A DNA stretch of 64,000 bases from Tagaea sp. (GCA_965279525.1 CBDIIB010000003.1:1-64000); one strand, 5' to 3'. Shown: positions 36,517-50,317, numbered from the stretch's first letter. Program-made: numbers and translations. Notes: generated by a model from the sequence alone, not told the origin.

Positions 36517-39500
36517 ATGACCCTGCACGTGGCATTGCACCACCGGACCGCCTACAGCTACGACCGGCTGATCAATCTCGGGCCGCAGATCGTGCGGCTG
36601 CGCCCGGCCCCGCATTCGCGGACCCCGGTGCTGTCCTATTCGCTGAAGATCCAGCCCGAGCCCCATTTCCTGAACTGGCAGCAGGACCCGCAGGGCAACT
36701 GGCTGGCCCGGCTCGTGTTCCCCGAGAAGACCGACCGGTTCACGGTCGATGTCGATCTCGTCGCGGACATGGCGATCGTCAATCCGTTCGATTTCTTCCT
36801 CGAGCCCTATGCCGAGAAGTTCCCCTTCAAGTACGAGGAGGGCCTGCTCGAGGATCTCGCACCCTTCATGAAGCCCGAGAAGGCGGGGCCGCTGCTGGCC
36901 AAGTGGCTCGCGAAGGTTCCCAAGTCCCACGAGCGCACGATCGACTTCCTCGTCGGCCTCAACCAGCGCCTGCAGAAGGACATCGGCTACATCATCCGGC
37001 TCGAGCCGGGCGTGCAGGCTTTCGAGCAGACGCTGTCGCTGGGCAAGGGCTCATGCCGAGACACCGGCTGGCTGCTCGTCCAGATCCTGCGCCATCTCGG
37101 GTTCGCCGCACGCTTCGTGTCGGGCTACCTGATCCAGCTCGTCGCCGACCAGAAGGCGCTCGACGGCCCGTCGGGCACCGAGATCGACTTCACCGACCTG
37201 CACGCGTGGACGGAAGTGTACCTTCCCGGTGCCGGCTGGATCGGCTTCGATCCCACGTCGGGCCTGATGACGGGCGAGGGACACATCCCGCTCGCCGCCA
37301 CGCCCGCACCGTCTTCGGCCGCACCCGTGGAAGGCCTCATCGAGAAGTGCGAAGTCACGTTCATCCACGAGATGAAGGTCACGCGCGTGGCCGAGAGTGC
37401 GCGCGTCACCAAGCCCTATACCGAAGAGACGTGGGAGAAGATCGAAGCGCTCGGCCACACGGTCGACGGCCACCTCGCGCGCGGCGACGTGCGCCTGACG
37501 ATGGGCGGCGAACCCACCTTCGTGTCGATCGACGACATGGACGGGCCGGAATGGAACACGGCCGCCCTCGGGCCCACCAAGCGCCGGCTGGCCGGCAATC
37601 TGCTGAAGCGTCTGCAGCGGCTCTGGTCGCCGGGCGCACTCCTCCATTACGGGCAGGGCAAGTGGTATCCGGGCGAGCAGCTGCCGCGCTGGGCGCTGGG
37701 CTGCTTCTGGCGCAAGGACGGCGAGCCGATCTGGCGCGACCCCGCCCTCATCGCCGACGACACGCTCAAGTCCAACGTCAACTACGAGCATGCCGAACGC
37801 TTCGCGCAGCGCCTGTGCGAGCGCCTCGGCATTCCCGACCAGTTCGCCCAGCGCGCCTACGAGGACGCCTGGTATTACCTGTGGCGCGAGCAGCGCCTGC
37901 CGATGAACGTCGATCCGCTGAAGTCGAACCTGAAGGATCCCGAAGAACGCGCGCGCCTGTCGCGCATCTTCGAGAAGGGCCTCGACGAGCCGGTCGGCGT
38001 GGCCCTGCCGATCCATCGCGGCTGGCAGGGCGGGGCGCGCAAATGGACCAGCGGCTTCTGGTTCGTGCGCCCGCAGCACATGTTCCTGATCCCCGGCGAT
38101 TCGCCGATGGGCTACCGCCTGCCGCTCGACAGCGTGCCGTGGGTTGCCCCGGCCGACTATCCCTACCACTGGGAGCGCGACCCGTTCGAGCCGCTGCCGC
38201 CGCTTCCCGCGCGCGACCGGCGCGAGCGTTCGCTCGCCGTGTCGGGCAACGTGCCGCGCACCGGCTTCGCGCATCAGGGTGCGATGGCGACCGGCCCCGG
38301 CGGGCGGCCGATGGCGGACCGTTCGGCGGGCGACCGCAAGCTGGTCGAGGAGCTGCGCCGGCGCGAGCGCGGCACGGTCAAGCCGCAGAGCTCGGCCTCG
38401 TGGGTCGTGCGCACGGCGATGTGCATCGAGCCGCGCGACGGCCTGTTGCACGTCTTCATGCCGCCCTGCCCGACGGTGGAGGATTATCTCGATCTGATCA
38501 CGAGCATCGAGGACACGGCCGCCGATCTCGGCCAGCCGGTGCTGATCGAGGGTTACGCGCCGCCGTCCGATCCGCGCATCGAGAGCTTCTCGGTGACGCC
38601 CGATCCCGGCGTGATCGAGGTCAACGTCCATCCCGCGCACACCTGGAGCGAGATCGTCGAGCGCACGACGACGCTCTATGAAGAAGCGCGCCAGACGCGC
38701 CTCGGCAGCGAGAAATTCATGGTCGACGGCCGCCATGTCGGGACCGGCGGCGGCAACCATTTCGTGCTCGGCGGCTCGACGCCGGCGGAATCGCCGTGGC
38801 TGCGCCGGCCCGACCTGCTCGGCTCGATGCTGCGCTTCTGGCACAACCATCCGAGCCTTTCCTACCTGTTCTCGGGCCTGTTCATCGGGCCGACCTCGCA
38901 GCATCCGCGGGTCGACGAGGCGCGCGAAGACCAGGTCCACGAACTCGAACTCGCGTTGTCGCAGCTTCCGGCAAAGGACACGGCGGGCATCGCGCCGTGG
39001 ACCGTCGACCGGGTCCTGCGCAACGTGCTGGTCGATCTCACCGGCAACACGCACCGCACCGAGTTCTGCATCGACAAGCTCTATTCGCCCGACAATTCGG
39101 GCGGACGGCGCGGGCTGGTCGAGCTGCGCGCCTTCGAGATGCCGCCGCACGCGCGCATGAGCCTCGTCCAGCAGCTCCTGCTGCGCAGCCTCGTGTCGCA
39201 TTTCTGGGAGGAGCCCTACACGCACCGTCTCGTGCGCTGGGGCAACCGCGTCCACGACCGGTTCATGCTGCCGCATTTCGTGCGCGAGGACCTGTCCGAC
39301 GTGCTCGAGACACTGCGCGATGCGGGCTATGCCTTTGACGACCAGTGGTTCGATCCGCACTGCGAGTTCCGTTTCCCGAAGCTGGGTTCGGTCGCCTATC
39401 GCGGCGTGGACATCGAGCTGCGCCACGCGCTCGAACCCTGGCACGTGCTGGGCGAGGAAGCCGGGCCGGGCGGCACGGTGCGCTATGTCGACAGCTCGCT

Positions 39501-39912
39501 CGAACGCCTGCAGGTGCGCGTGCGCAACCTCGTCGATTCGCGCCACAAGATCGTCTGCAACGGCGTGAGCGTTCCGCTGCATCCGACCGGCACCGACGGC
39601 GAGTATGTCGCGGGCGTGCGATTCCGCGCGTGGAACCCGTCCTCGGCGCTGCATCCGACCGTCGGCGTGCATGCGCCGCTGGTGTTCGACCTTTACGACG
39701 GCTGGACCGGGCGCTCGGTCGGCGGGTGCACGTATCACGTGGCGCATCCCGGCGGGCGCAACTACGACAAGTTCCCGGTCAACGCCAACGAGGCCGAGGC
39801 ACGCCGGCGCGCGCGCTTCTTCGACATCGGCCACACGCCCGGCCGCATGACGCCGCGCGACCCCGCCCCGAACCCCGATTTCCCGCTGACCCTTGACCTG
39901 CGACGTGGCTAG
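36517..39912 (+). CDS. Transglutaminase-like domain fused to DUF2126 putative amidoligase
   Basis: GSCRD / LHAW / GFDPT Cys-His-Asp triad; LTMGGEPTF, VTPDPGVIEVN, GTGGGNH, GNTHRTEFCIDK, ELRAFEMPPH. Confidence 0.92.
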   Translation: MTLHVALHHRTAYSYDRLINLGPQIVRLRPAPHSRTPVLSYSLKIQPEPHFLNWQQDPQGNWLARLVFPEKTDRFTVDVDLVADMAIVNPFDFFLEPYAEKFPFKYEEGLLEDLAPFMKPEKAGPLLAKWLAKVPKSHERTIDFLVGLNQRLQKDIGYIIRLEPGVQAFEQTLSLGKGSCRDTGWLLVQILRHLGFAARFVSGYLIQLVADQKALDGPSGTEIDFTDLHAWTEVYLPGAGWIGFDPTSGLMTGEGHIPLAATPAPSSAAPVEGLIEKCEVTFIHEMKVTRVAESARVTKPYTEETWEKIEALGHTVDGHLARGDVRLTMGGEPTFVSIDDMDGPEWNTAALGPTKRRLAGNLLKRLQRLWSPGALLHYGQGKWYPGEQLPRWALGCFWRKDGEPIWRDPALIADDTLKSNVNYEHAERFAQRLCERLGIPDQFAQRAYEDAWYYLWREQRLPMNVDPLKSNLKDPEERARLSRIFEKGLDEPVGVALPIHRGWQGGARKWTSGFWFVRPQHMFLIPGDSPMGYRLPLDSVPWVAPADYPYHWERDPFEPLPPLPARDRRERSLAVSGNVPRTGFAHQGAMATGPGGRPMADRSAGDRKLVEELRRRERGTVKPQSSASWVVRTAMCIEPRDGLLHVFMPPCPTVEDYLDLITSIEDTAADLGQPVLIEGYAPPSDPRIESFSVTPDPGVIEVNVHPAHTWSEIVERTTTLYEEARQTRLGSEKFMVDGRHVGTGGGNHFVLGGSTPAESPWLRRPDLLGSMLRFWHNHPSLSYLFSGLFIGPTSQHPRVDEAREDQVHELELALSQLPAKDTAGIAPWTVDRVLRNVLVDLTGNTHRTEFCIDKLYSPDNSGGRRGLVELRAFEMPPHARMSLVQQLLLRSLVSHFWEEPYTHRLVRWGNRVHDRFMLPHFVREDLSDVLETLRDAGYAFDDQWFDPHCEFRFPKLGSVAYRGVDIELRHALEPWHVLGEEAGPGGTVRYVDSSLERLQVRVRNLVDSRHKIVCNGVSVPLHPTGTDGEYVAGVRFRAWNPSSALHPTVGVHAPLVFDLYDGWTGRSVGGCTYHVAHPGGRNYDKFPVNANEAEARRRARFFDIGHTPGRMTPRDPAPNPDFPLTLDLRRG

Positions 39913-39953
39913 CCCGCAAGCTTGGCGATTGCCCTGACCAGCCCGAGGAGTCG

Positions 39954-42506
39954 ATGGAGGAAGCGCGCCTGACCGCTGCTGCCGGTGCCGAGCCGGCAGC
40001 CGACAAGCCGCCGCCCTTCGACGAGATGGTCACGGGTGCGGGGCAGATCCGGCCGCACTGGCAGCCGCTGATGGGCGCCCTGCGCACGCTGCCGGCCGGC
40101 GCACTTGCCGAGCGCATGGACCGCGCGCGCCGCCAGTACGACGAGAACGGCGTCACCTACAACGTCTTTGCCGAAACGCGCGGGCCCCAGCGGCCCTGGC
40201 AGTTCGACCTGTTGCCGCTGCCGATCCCGGCCGAGGAGTGGGCGGGGATCGAATCGGCGTTGGTCAAGCGCGCCACGCTGCTCGACAGGATCCTTGCCGA
40301 CATCTACGGCCCGCAGAGCCTGATCCGCGACCGGCTGCTGCCGCCGGCCCTCGTCCACACCAATCCGGCGTTCCTGCGCCCGTGCCACGGCGTGACGCCT
40401 GCCAATGGTGCTCCGTTCCTGCATTTCTATGCCGCCGACATCGCGCGCGGGCTCGACGGGCGCTGGCGCGTGTGCGCCGACCGCGTCAATGCACCGTCGG
40501 GTGCGGGCTATGCGCTCGAGAACCGCAACGTGCTGATGCGCACGCTGCCCGAGCTGTTCCAGGCTTCGACCGTGCGCCGGCTCGGACCGTTCTTCGAACT
40601 CTGGCAGTCGGCACTTGCGCAACTGGCACCCAAGCATCGCGAGAACCCGCGCATCGTGCTGCTGACGCCCGGTCCCTACAGCGAGACCTATTTCGAGCAC
40701 GTGTATCTCGCCCGCCAGCTCGGCCTGACGCTGGCCGAGGGGGCGGACCTCACCGTGCGCGACGCCAAGGTGTTCCTGAAGACGCTCGGCGGTCTCCAGC
40801 AGGTCGACGTGATCCTGCGCCGGCTCGACGCCGACTATTGCGATCCGGTCGAGCTGCGCCCCGAATCCGCGATCGGCGTGGCCGGCCTCGTCGATGCCGT
40901 GCGCGCGGGCAGCGTCACCATCGCCAACGCGCTGGGCGCCGGCGTGGTCGAAACACCGGCGATCCTCCCCTTCCTGCCGGGGCTGGCGCACAAGCTGCTG
41001 GGCGAGGATCTCGGCATGCCGTCGGTCGAGACCTGGTGGCTGGGCCAGCGCGCCGTATTCGACCAGGTCGTCGAGCGCATCGAAGACTACGTCTTCCGCC
41101 CGTGCTTCGCCGGCGACGGGTTCGAGCCGTCGGTCGTGGGCTCCGACGTCGAGCCGGGAAAACGCAAGGCGTTCATCGAGCGCCTGCGCGCCAGTCCGCA
41201 CCGCTACGTGGCACAGGCGCGCATGCACAAATCGGCGATGCCGGTGTGGTCGCCGACCGGATTGATCCCGCGTCCGTTGATGGTGCGCTGCTTCCTGGTG
41301 CGCCACGAAGGCACCTATGTGCCGATGCCCGGCGGCATGACGCGCGTGTCGGCCGACGATACCGGCATCGATATCTCGATGCAGCGCGGCGGGGCGGCCA
41401 AGGACACCTGGGTGATCGAGCGCGAGCTTGCCCCGGTCGTGGTGGGCACGCGTGCCCAGGCGGCGCGCGAGCCGCTGCGCCGCTCGGCGGGCGAGTTGCA
41501 GAGCCGCGTGGCCGACAATCTCTTCTGGCTCGGCCGCTATGCCGAGCGGCTGGACAACGCCGCGCGCCTGATGCGCGCGAGCCTGATGCGCGTTCCTGCC
41601 GGCGGGGCTTCGGCGCGCGAACTGGCCGAGTTCCAGGCGCTCGCGCGCATGTTGGGCGACCGTGGCCTCGTCGAGCGCACGATGGGCGGGCTGCCTGACG
41701 GCCGTTCGATGATGGAAGCGCTCGGCCACGCGTGCGGCTCCGACCAGGGGATCTCGCACCTGTTCCAGGCCATCCAGCGCATCGCGCCAACCGTGCGTGA
41801 CCGGCTTTCGGCCGACATGTGGAATGTCGTCAACGACCTGCTGCGTGACGCGCGCCTGCGCCTCGAAGGCCAGCCGGGCGATGCCGACCGCCTGCTCGAA
41901 GGAATGGACCACACGATCGGCGTGTGCGCCGCCTTCCACGGCATGGCGTCGGAGAACATGACGCGCGGTTCGGGCTGGCGCTTCCTCGATCTGGGCCGGC
42001 GGCTGGAGCGTTCGGCGCACGGCGCTTCGGTCGTGCGCGACGTGTTCGCCGCGTCGGGCCACGGCTCGGAACCCTGGCTGCGCCTGCTGCTCGAGCTTTG
42101 CGACAGCTCGATCACCTACCGCACGCGCTACATGGCGGCCGTCCAGCCCGCACCCGTGCTCGACCTCCTGCTGTGCGACGACACCAATCCGCGCTCGGTC
42201 GCCTTCCAGCTCCGCCTCGTCGCCGACCATCTCGACAATCTCGCCCGGCGCGACGTGCGCCCGCTGTCGCAGCCCGAGCAGAAGATCGCGCGCGCGGCCC
42301 TGACGGCCGTCGAACTTTTCGACGTGGAGCGCGTCGGCTCGACGATCGAGCGCGAATCGATGGCGATGCTCGACGACCTGTTGGGTGGCACGCAAGGCCG
42401 CCTGTCGGATCTTTCCGAGGCGATCACGCGCGCCTATTTCAGCCATGTCGAGACCGTGCAGTCGATCGGCTACGAGATCGCACCCGTTGGCGGGGACGGC
42501 GCATGA
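39954..42506 (+). CDS. Circularly permuted type 2 ATP-grasp protein fused to alpha-E (DUF403) domain
   Basis: FDEM, NGVTYN, APSGAGYALENR, LLTPGPYSETYFEH, ANALG, MPGGMTRV, KDTWV; then SRVADNLFWLGRYAER and GRRLER (ER motifs). Confidence 0.92.
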   Translation: MEEARLTAAAGAEPAADKPPPFDEMVTGAGQIRPHWQPLMGALRTLPAGALAERMDRARRQYDENGVTYNVFAETRGPQRPWQFDLLPLPIPAEEWAGIESALVKRATLLDRILADIYGPQSLIRDRLLPPALVHTNPAFLRPCHGVTPANGAPFLHFYAADIARGLDGRWRVCADRVNAPSGAGYALENRNVLMRTLPELFQASTVRRLGPFFELWQSALAQLAPKHRENPRIVLLTPGPYSETYFEHVYLARQLGLTLAEGADLTVRDAKVFLKTLGGLQQVDVILRRLDADYCDPVELRPESAIGVAGLVDAVRAGSVTIANALGAGVVETPAILPFLPGLAHKLLGEDLGMPSVETWWLGQRAVFDQVVERIEDYVFRPCFAGDGFEPSVVGSDVEPGKRKAFIERLRASPHRYVAQARMHKSAMPVWSPTGLIPRPLMVRCFLVRHEGTYVPMPGGMTRVSADDTGIDISMQRGGAAKDTWVIERELAPVVVGTRAQAAREPLRRSAGELQSRVADNLFWLGRYAERLDNAARLMRASLMRVPAGGASARELAEFQALARMLGDRGLVERTMGGLPDGRSMMEALGHACGSDQGISHLFQAIQRIAPTVRDRLSADMWNVVNDLLRDARLRLEGQPGDADRLLEGMDHTIGVCAAFHGMASENMTRGSGWRFLDLGRRLERSAHGASVVRDVFAASGHGSEPWLRLLLELCDSSITYRTRYMAAVQPAPVLDLLLCDDTNPRSVAFQLRLVADHLDNLARRDVRPLSQPEQKIARAALTAVELFDVERVGSTIERESMAMLDDLLGGTQGRLSDLSEAITRAYFSHVETVQSIGYEIAPVGGDGA

Positions 42507-43405
42507 TCTACGACGTCGTCCACCGCACGACCTATCGCTATGCCGAGCCGGTCGATCTTTCCTACCACGTGATGCGGCTCACGCCGCGCGCCCTGCCGCA
42601 CCAGCGGGTGCTGCGCACCACCGTGATCGCCACGCCCGCCCCCGTGCGCGTGCACGACACGACCGACTATTTCGGCAATCTCGCGACCTATATGTCGCTC
42701 GAGGAGCCGCACGCCGAACTCGTCGTCGACGCGCGCTGTGCCGTCGATGTCAGCTTTCCCGCACCGCCGGATGCGGCCGGCACGCCGGCGTGGGAACTCG
42801 TGCGCGATTCCCTCGACGGCGGCGGCCTGCCGGCGGAGACCATGGCGGTGGAGTTCGTGCGCGAATCCCCGCTCGTCGCGGTCGACGATGCGGTGCGCGA
42901 GTTCGCGGCACCGTCCTTCGCCGCCGGCCGGCCGGTGCTGGCCTGCTTTCTCGATCTCAACCGGCGGATCAAGTCCGAGTTCACGTTCGATGCGCGTGCC
43001 ACCGGTGTGGCGACCGCCGTGCGCGAGGTCATGCAGCTGCGCCGCGGCGTGTGCCAGGATTTCGCGCACGTGATGATCGCCTGCATTCGCGCCATGGGCC
43101 TCGCCGCGCGCTACGTGTCGGGCTACATCCGCACGCATGCGCCGGCCGGCCAGGCGCGCCGCATCGGGGCGGACGCAAGCCATGCCTGGGTCGGCGTCTT
43201 CGTGCCGGGGGCGGGCTGGATCGATCTCGATCCCACCAACGACCTCGTCGTGTCGGACGAGCATGTCGTGCTCGGCTGGGGGCGCGACTATGGCGACGTC
43301 TCGCCCATCCGCGGCGTCATCCTCGGCGGCGGCGTCCACCGGCTTGACGTCGCCGTCGACCTGCGCCCGCTTGACGTCTCATACGCGGCGGAACAGGACG
43401 GATAG
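42503..43405 (+). CDS. Transglutaminase family protein
   Basis: HRTTYRY N-domain; [34 protein letters not shown]. Confidence 0.92.
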   Translation: MIYDVVHRTTYRYAEPVDLSYHVMRLTPRALPHQRVLRTTVIATPAPVRVHDTTDYFGNLATYMSLEEPHAELVVDARCAVDVSFPAPPDAAGTPAWELVRDSLDGGGLPAETMAVEFVRESPLVAVDDAVREFAAPSFAAGRPVLACFLDLNRRIKSEFTFDARATGVATAVREVMQLRRGVCQDFAHVMIACIRAMGLAARYVSGYIRTHAPAGQARRIGADASHAWVGVFVPGAGWIDLDPTNDLVVSDEHVVLGWGRDYGDVSPIRGVILGGGVHRLDVAVDLRPLDVSYAAEQDG

Positions 43406-43978
43406 GTTGTTGGCCGGCATGGCGACGACCGCCGGCCGTGCGAAACCTGCCGCCGCTTCGCTCACCTCGCCAAGGTCGCGTATCCCCCACGCCGGATCGC
43501 GCGCACGCAGGCTTTCGTCGAACGCCGCGTTCGACGGGGCCGTGTGCGCGCTGTCGCGCTTGAACGGCCCGTAGAGATAGAGAAGCCCGCCCGGTGCGAG
43601 CAGGCGCGCCGCCCCGCGCAGCAGCCCGAGGCACGCGGCCCAAGGGGCGATGTGGATCATGTTGATGCACACGACCGCATCGGCCGTGGCGAGCGGCCAG
43701 ATCTCGGCGGTCGCATCGAGGTCGATCGGCGGCAGCAGGTTGGGCGTTCCCTCTGCCGCGATCCACGCGGCGATCGACGCGCGGTTGGCGGGATCGGGGT
43801 CGCTCGGCTGCCAGACCAGTGACGGGAAGGCGGCGGCGAACGCGACCGCATGCTCGCCCGAGCCCGACGCGATCTCCAGTGCGGTTCCGCTCGCCGGAAG
43901 ATGTTCGCGCAGGACGGCAAGGATCGGTTCGCGGTTGCGCGCGGCGGCAGGGGCGAAACGCCTTGCGTCCGCCGTCAT
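43379..43978 (-). CDS. DUF938 family SAM-dependent methyltransferase
   Basis: [51 protein letters not shown]. Confidence 0.9.
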   Translation of the reverse strand: MTADARRFAPAAARNREPILAVLREHLPASGTALEIASGSGEHAVAFAAAFPSLVWQPSDPDPANRASIAAWIAAEGTPNLLPPIDLDATAEIWPLATADAVVCINMIHIAPWAACLGLLRGAARLLAPGGLLYLYGPFKRDSAHTAPSNAAFDESLRARDPAWGIRDLGEVSEAAAGFARPAVVAMPANNLSVLFRRV

Positions 43979-45348
43979 GCCATCAGCTTTCGCGCCGTCT
44001 TCGCGAAATCGACCGCGGCCTGCTCCTGGTGGCGGTGATGGCCTTCGCGTACGACCCATTCGCCGCCGATCACGACATCGCGCACCGGATTGGCGTTGCC
44101 GCAGAACAGCCACGCGTCGACCAGCGTGTCGAGTGCGCGGCCGACGAGTGCGGGGTGTTCTTCGTCAAGCACGACGAAGTCGGCGCGATGGCCGGGGGCC
44201 AATGCACCGGTCTTGCGCCCGGCCGCCTGCGCGCCACCGGCAAGCGCGCGTTCGAACAGGAACGCGCCGGTCGACCCGCCCTCGCGCAACTGGGTCACGT
44301 TGCGGCTCTGGTGGAAAAGCCGCTGGCCGTATTCGAGCCAGCGCAGCTCCTCGACCGGGCTTGTCGACACGTTCGAATCCGTGCCCACGCCGAAGATGCC
44401 GCCGGCCTTGAGGAAGGCGCCGAGCGGGAACAGCCCGTCGCCGAGATTGGCTTCCGTCGCCGGGCAGATGCCGACGACCGCACCGCTGCGGGCCATCGCG
44501 TCGATCTCGGCCGGCGTGACATGCGTGGCGTGGACCAGGCACCAGCGCTTGTCGACGCTTGCATTGGCCAGCAGCCATTCGACCGGCGTGGTGCCCGACC
44601 AGGCGCGGCAGTCGGCCACTTCCTTGGGCTGCTCGGCGATGTGGATATGGATGGGGGCGTCGGCATCCAGTCGGTCCAGCATGGCAAGTGCAGCCTTCAG
44701 GGCAGGTGGTGTCACCGCGCGCAGCGAGTGCGGGGCGATGCCCACGCGCACCTGCGGGTCGCCGCGATGCCGGCGGGCAAGCCGCTCGACGAGATCGCCA
44801 TAGGCGTCGTCGTCGAGCACGAAACGCTTCTGCCCCTCGTTGGGGGCCATCCCGCCGAAGCCGCTTGCCTGGTAGAGCACGGGCAACAGCGTGAGGCCGA
44901 TGCCGGACGCGGCCGACGCGGCGACGATCCGGTCGGCAAGCTCGGTCGGCACGTCGTAGCGCTGGCCGTCGGGATCGTTGTGCACGTAGTGGAACTCGCA
45001 CACGCTCGTGAAGCCGTGGCGGACAAGCTCGACATAGAGCTGGGTTGCCACCGCCTCGACGTCGCGGGGCGACAGGCGGCCGATGAAGCGGTACATGATG
45101 TCGCGCCAGGCCCAGAAATTGTCGCTCTGCGGGCCCGCCCGCTCGCCGAGGCCCGCCATCGCGCGCTGGAAGGCGTGGCTGTGCAGGTCGGCAAGGCCGG
45201 GCAGCACGGGGCCGGGCAGCCGGGCAGCACCGTCGGCGTTCTTTCCGGCGGCGACCGAAACGAGATAGCCGCGCGCATCGACTTCGAAGCGGACATCGCG
45301 TGCCCAGCCGGTCGGCAGCAGGGCATGGGGGGCGAAAAAACTCGGCAT
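43975..45348 (-). CDS. hutF: Formimidoylglutamate deiminase
   Basis: [54 protein letters not shown]. Confidence 0.93.
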   Translation of the reverse strand: MPSFFAPHALLPTGWARDVRFEVDARGYLVSVAAGKNADGAARLPGPVLPGLADLHSHAFQRAMAGLGERAGPQSDNFWAWRDIMYRFIGRLSPRDVEAVATQLYVELVRHGFTSVCEFHYVHNDPDGQRYDVPTELADRIVAASAASGIGLTLLPVLYQASGFGGMAPNEGQKRFVLDDDAYGDLVERLARRHRGDPQVRVGIAPHSLRAVTPPALKAALAMLDRLDADAPIHIHIAEQPKEVADCRAWSGTTPVEWLLANASVDKRWCLVHATHVTPAEIDAMARSGAVVGICPATEANLGDGLFPLGAFLKAGGIFGVGTDSNVSTSPVEELRWLEYGQRLFHQSRNVTQLREGGSTGAFLFERALAGGAQAAGRKTGALAPGHRADFVVLDEEHPALVGRALDTLVDAWLFCGNANPVRDVVIGGEWVVREGHHRHQEQAAVDFAKTARKLMA

Positions 45349-45411
45349 GGGGCTGGCGTCCTCGGATGAAGCGCCTATTCTTGAAGCCTGCGCTGCCGGA
45401 AAGGAAGTCCC

Positions 45412-46215
45412 TTGAAACCGATCTTCGAACTTGTGCCCGGCACGACCCCGCTGCTGATCAGCGTGCCGCACGCCGGCACGTATCTGCCCGACGCGATCGC
45501 GGCCCGCCTGACACCCGAAGCGCTCGCCATGCCCGACACCGACTGGCATGTCGAGAAGCTTTACGGTTTCACGGCCGAGCTCGGGGCCGGCCTGATCGTC
45601 GCCACGCATTCGCGCTACGCGGTCGATCTCAACCGCGATCCTTCCGGCACGCCGCTCTATCCGGGGCGCGACAACACCGAGCTCGTCCCCCTGGGCACGT
45701 TCGCGAATCAGCCGGTCTACCGGACCGGCCAGGCGCCCGACAAGGCGGAGGAGGCCGAGCGCGTCGCGCGCTACTGGCGGCCCTACCACGAAGCGCTTGC
45801 CGGCGAGCTCGATGCGATCGTCGCGCGCCACGGTATTGCCGTGCTGTGGGACGGCCATTCGATTCCGGCCGAAGTGCCGCGCCTGTTCGAAGGGCGGCTC
45901 CCCGATCTTAATCTGGGTTCGGCCGCGGGCACGTCCGCCGATCCCGATCTTGCCGATTGCGCGCGCGCCGCACTCGACGGGCCGGGCATGAGCCTTGTCG
46001 TCGACGGCCGCTTCAAGGGCGGCTACATCACGCGGCTCTATGGCAAGCCGGCTGCGAAGATGCACGCTCTCCAGCTCGAGAAGGCGATGGCCTCGTACAT
46101 GGACGAGGCACCACCCTACCGGTGGGACGCCGCGCGTGCCGCACCGATGGTGGCGCGCCTGCGCCGCACGATGGGGGCGGTGACCGCATGGGCGGCGGCG
46201 CGCGCGCGGACCTGA
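45412..46215 (+). CDS. hutG: N-formylglutamate deformylase
   Basis: PLLISVPHAG, DTDWH, SRYAVDLNR, WDGHSI, RFKGGYITR, HALQLE; TTG start after AAGGAAG. Confidence 0.92.
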   Translation: MKPIFELVPGTTPLLISVPHAGTYLPDAIAARLTPEALAMPDTDWHVEKLYGFTAELGAGLIVATHSRYAVDLNRDPSGTPLYPGRDNTELVPLGTFANQPVYRTGQAPDKAEEAERVARYWRPYHEALAGELDAIVARHGIAVLWDGHSIPAEVPRLFEGRLPDLNLGSAAGTSADPDLADCARAALDGPGMSLVVDGRFKGGYITRLYGKPAAKMHALQLEKAMASYMDEAPPYRWDAARAAPMVARLRRTMGAVTAWAAARART

Positions 46216-46219
46216 CCTA

Positions 46220-48637
<2,418 letters not shown>

Positions 48638-48658
48638 GCCGCGCACACCCTCCGGGGT

Positions 48659-49168
48659 TCAGTACCTGACGAGGCTCTCGAACGGCACGGGCAGGCGCTT
48701 GCGGCCTTCGAGGAACTCGAGCTCGATGATGCACGCAGCACCGCGCACGTCGGCCCCGGTCTTCTGCAGCAGCGAGATGGCCGCATTCAGCGTTCCGCCG
48801 GTGGCCAGCACGTCGTCGAGCACGACGACGCGCGTGCCGGGCTTCACGGCTTCGTCCTGGATCTCGATCGTGTCCTCGCCATACTCGAGCGCGTATGTAT
48901 GCGGGATCGTCTTGCCGGGCAGCTTGCCGCGCTTGCGCACCATCATGAATCCGCAACCCATGTGGAGTGCGAGCGGTGCCGTGACGAGAAATCCGCGGCT
49001 CTCGATTCCGGCCAGCAGGGCCGGTTTATGGGGCGCGACAAGTGCCGCGAGCCGTTCGATCGCCGCCCGCCAGGCGCCGGCGTCGGCCAGCAGCGGCGAG
49101 ATGTCGCGGAACAGGATTCCGGGCTTCGGGAAATCGGCGACATCCCGGATGTATTTCTTCAGATCCAT
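48659..49168 (-). CDS. apt: Adenine phosphoribosyltransferase
   Basis: [41 protein letters not shown]. Confidence 0.96.
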   Translation of the reverse strand: MDLKKYIRDVADFPKPGILFRDISPLLADAGAWRAAIERLAALVAPHKPALLAGIESRGFLVTAPLALHMGCGFMMVRKRGKLPGKTIPHTYALEYGEDTIEIQDEAVKPGTRVVVLDDVLATGGTLNAAISLLQKTGADVRGAACIIELEFLEGRKRLPVPFESLVRY

Positions 49169-49207
49169 GCGGCTTCCTCGATCGGGCGGGGTCTTTTTGT
49201 TTAGGCG

Positions 49208-50317
49208 TCAGGCCGGTCCCCGTCCACTCGAATTTCGTGCCGAGCCCGGTCGGTCGATCGCCACCGCCTTGACGATCGCGTGCACCGGAACGCCGACGGC
49301 AAGGTCGAGCTCGGCGACCGCCGCGCGCGTCAGCCGGGCCCGCAGCCGGACGCTGCCGACGGCGATGGCGATCTCGGCATAGGCGCCCGGTTCCGGTTCG
49401 AGCGCCACGATATGCCCGGACAGGATATTGCGCGCCGATATCCCTTCGGGCCGCCGTGTGGCGACGATGACGTCGCGGGCGCGGATATGGACGCGGATGG
49501 CCGTACCCGGCGGCGCATCGACGCGCGGGACGGTCAGCGTGCCGCCGTCGAAACCGAGCCGGCTGAGCGAGAAAGCCGCATCGTGCGCCACGACCCGCGT
49601 GTCGAGGGCGGCCCCCGCCTCGAAGCGCCCGGCGAGCGGATTGAGATCGATGCGCGCCGTGATCTCGCCGACCGGCCCGCACGCGGCGATGCGCCCGGCA
49701 TCGACGAGCGCAAGCGTGTCGGCGAGCCGGACGACCTCGTCGAGCGCATGGCTGACATAGACGATCGGGATGTCGAGTTCGCGGCGCAACCGGTCGAGAT
49801 AGGGCAGCACTTCGGACTTGCGCGCGGCATCGAGCGAGGCGAGCGGCTCGTCCATCAGCAGCAGGCGCGGCTGGGCGAGCAGGGCGCGCCCGATCGCCAC
49901 GCGCTGGCGCTCGCCGCCCGAGAGCGTGGCGGGGCGCCGGGCGAGAAGGGGGGCGATATCGAGCAGGTCGACGACGGCGGCGAATCCGATCGGCGCGCTT
50001 CCGGCCTGCGCGCGCCGCAGGCCGTAGCGCAGGTTGCCGTCGACGGACAGATGCGGGAACAGGCGCGCGTCCTGGAACACGTAGCCCACGCGCCGGCGTT
50101 CGGCCGGTACGTCGATGCGCGCAGTCGTGTCGAACAGCACGTTCCCGCCGACCGCGATGCGCCCTTCGGCTGGCCGGGCAAGGCCGGCGATGGCGCGCAC
50201 GATGGATGTCTTGCCCGCACCGGACCGCCCGAATAGCGCCAGGGCCCCTGCGGGTGCGGCTAGCTTCACGTCGAGTGGAAACGTGCCGACCCGCATGCGG
50301 AAATCGAGTTCGAGCAT
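49208..50317 (-). CDS. modC: Molybdate ABC transporter ATP-binding protein
   Basis: GRSGAGKTS, LSGGERQR, MDEP, C-terminal TOBE ISARNIL...IVKAVA. Confidence 0.93.
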   Translation of the reverse strand: MLELDFRMRVGTFPLDVKLAAPAGALALFGRSGAGKTSIVRAIAGLARPAEGRIAVGGNVLFDTTARIDVPAERRRVGYVFQDARLFPHLSVDGNLRYGLRRAQAGSAPIGFAAVVDLLDIAPLLARRPATLSGGERQRVAIGRALLAQPRLLLMDEPLASLDAARKSEVLPYLDRLRRELDIPIVYVSHALDEVVRLADTLALVDAGRIAACGPVGEITARIDLNPLAGRFEAGAALDTRVVAHDAAFSLSRLGFDGGTLTVPRVDAPPGTAIRVHIRARDVIVATRRPEGISARNILSGHIVALEPEPGAYAEIAIAVGSVRLRARLTRAAVAELDLAVGVPVHAIVKAVAIDRPGSARNSSGRGPA

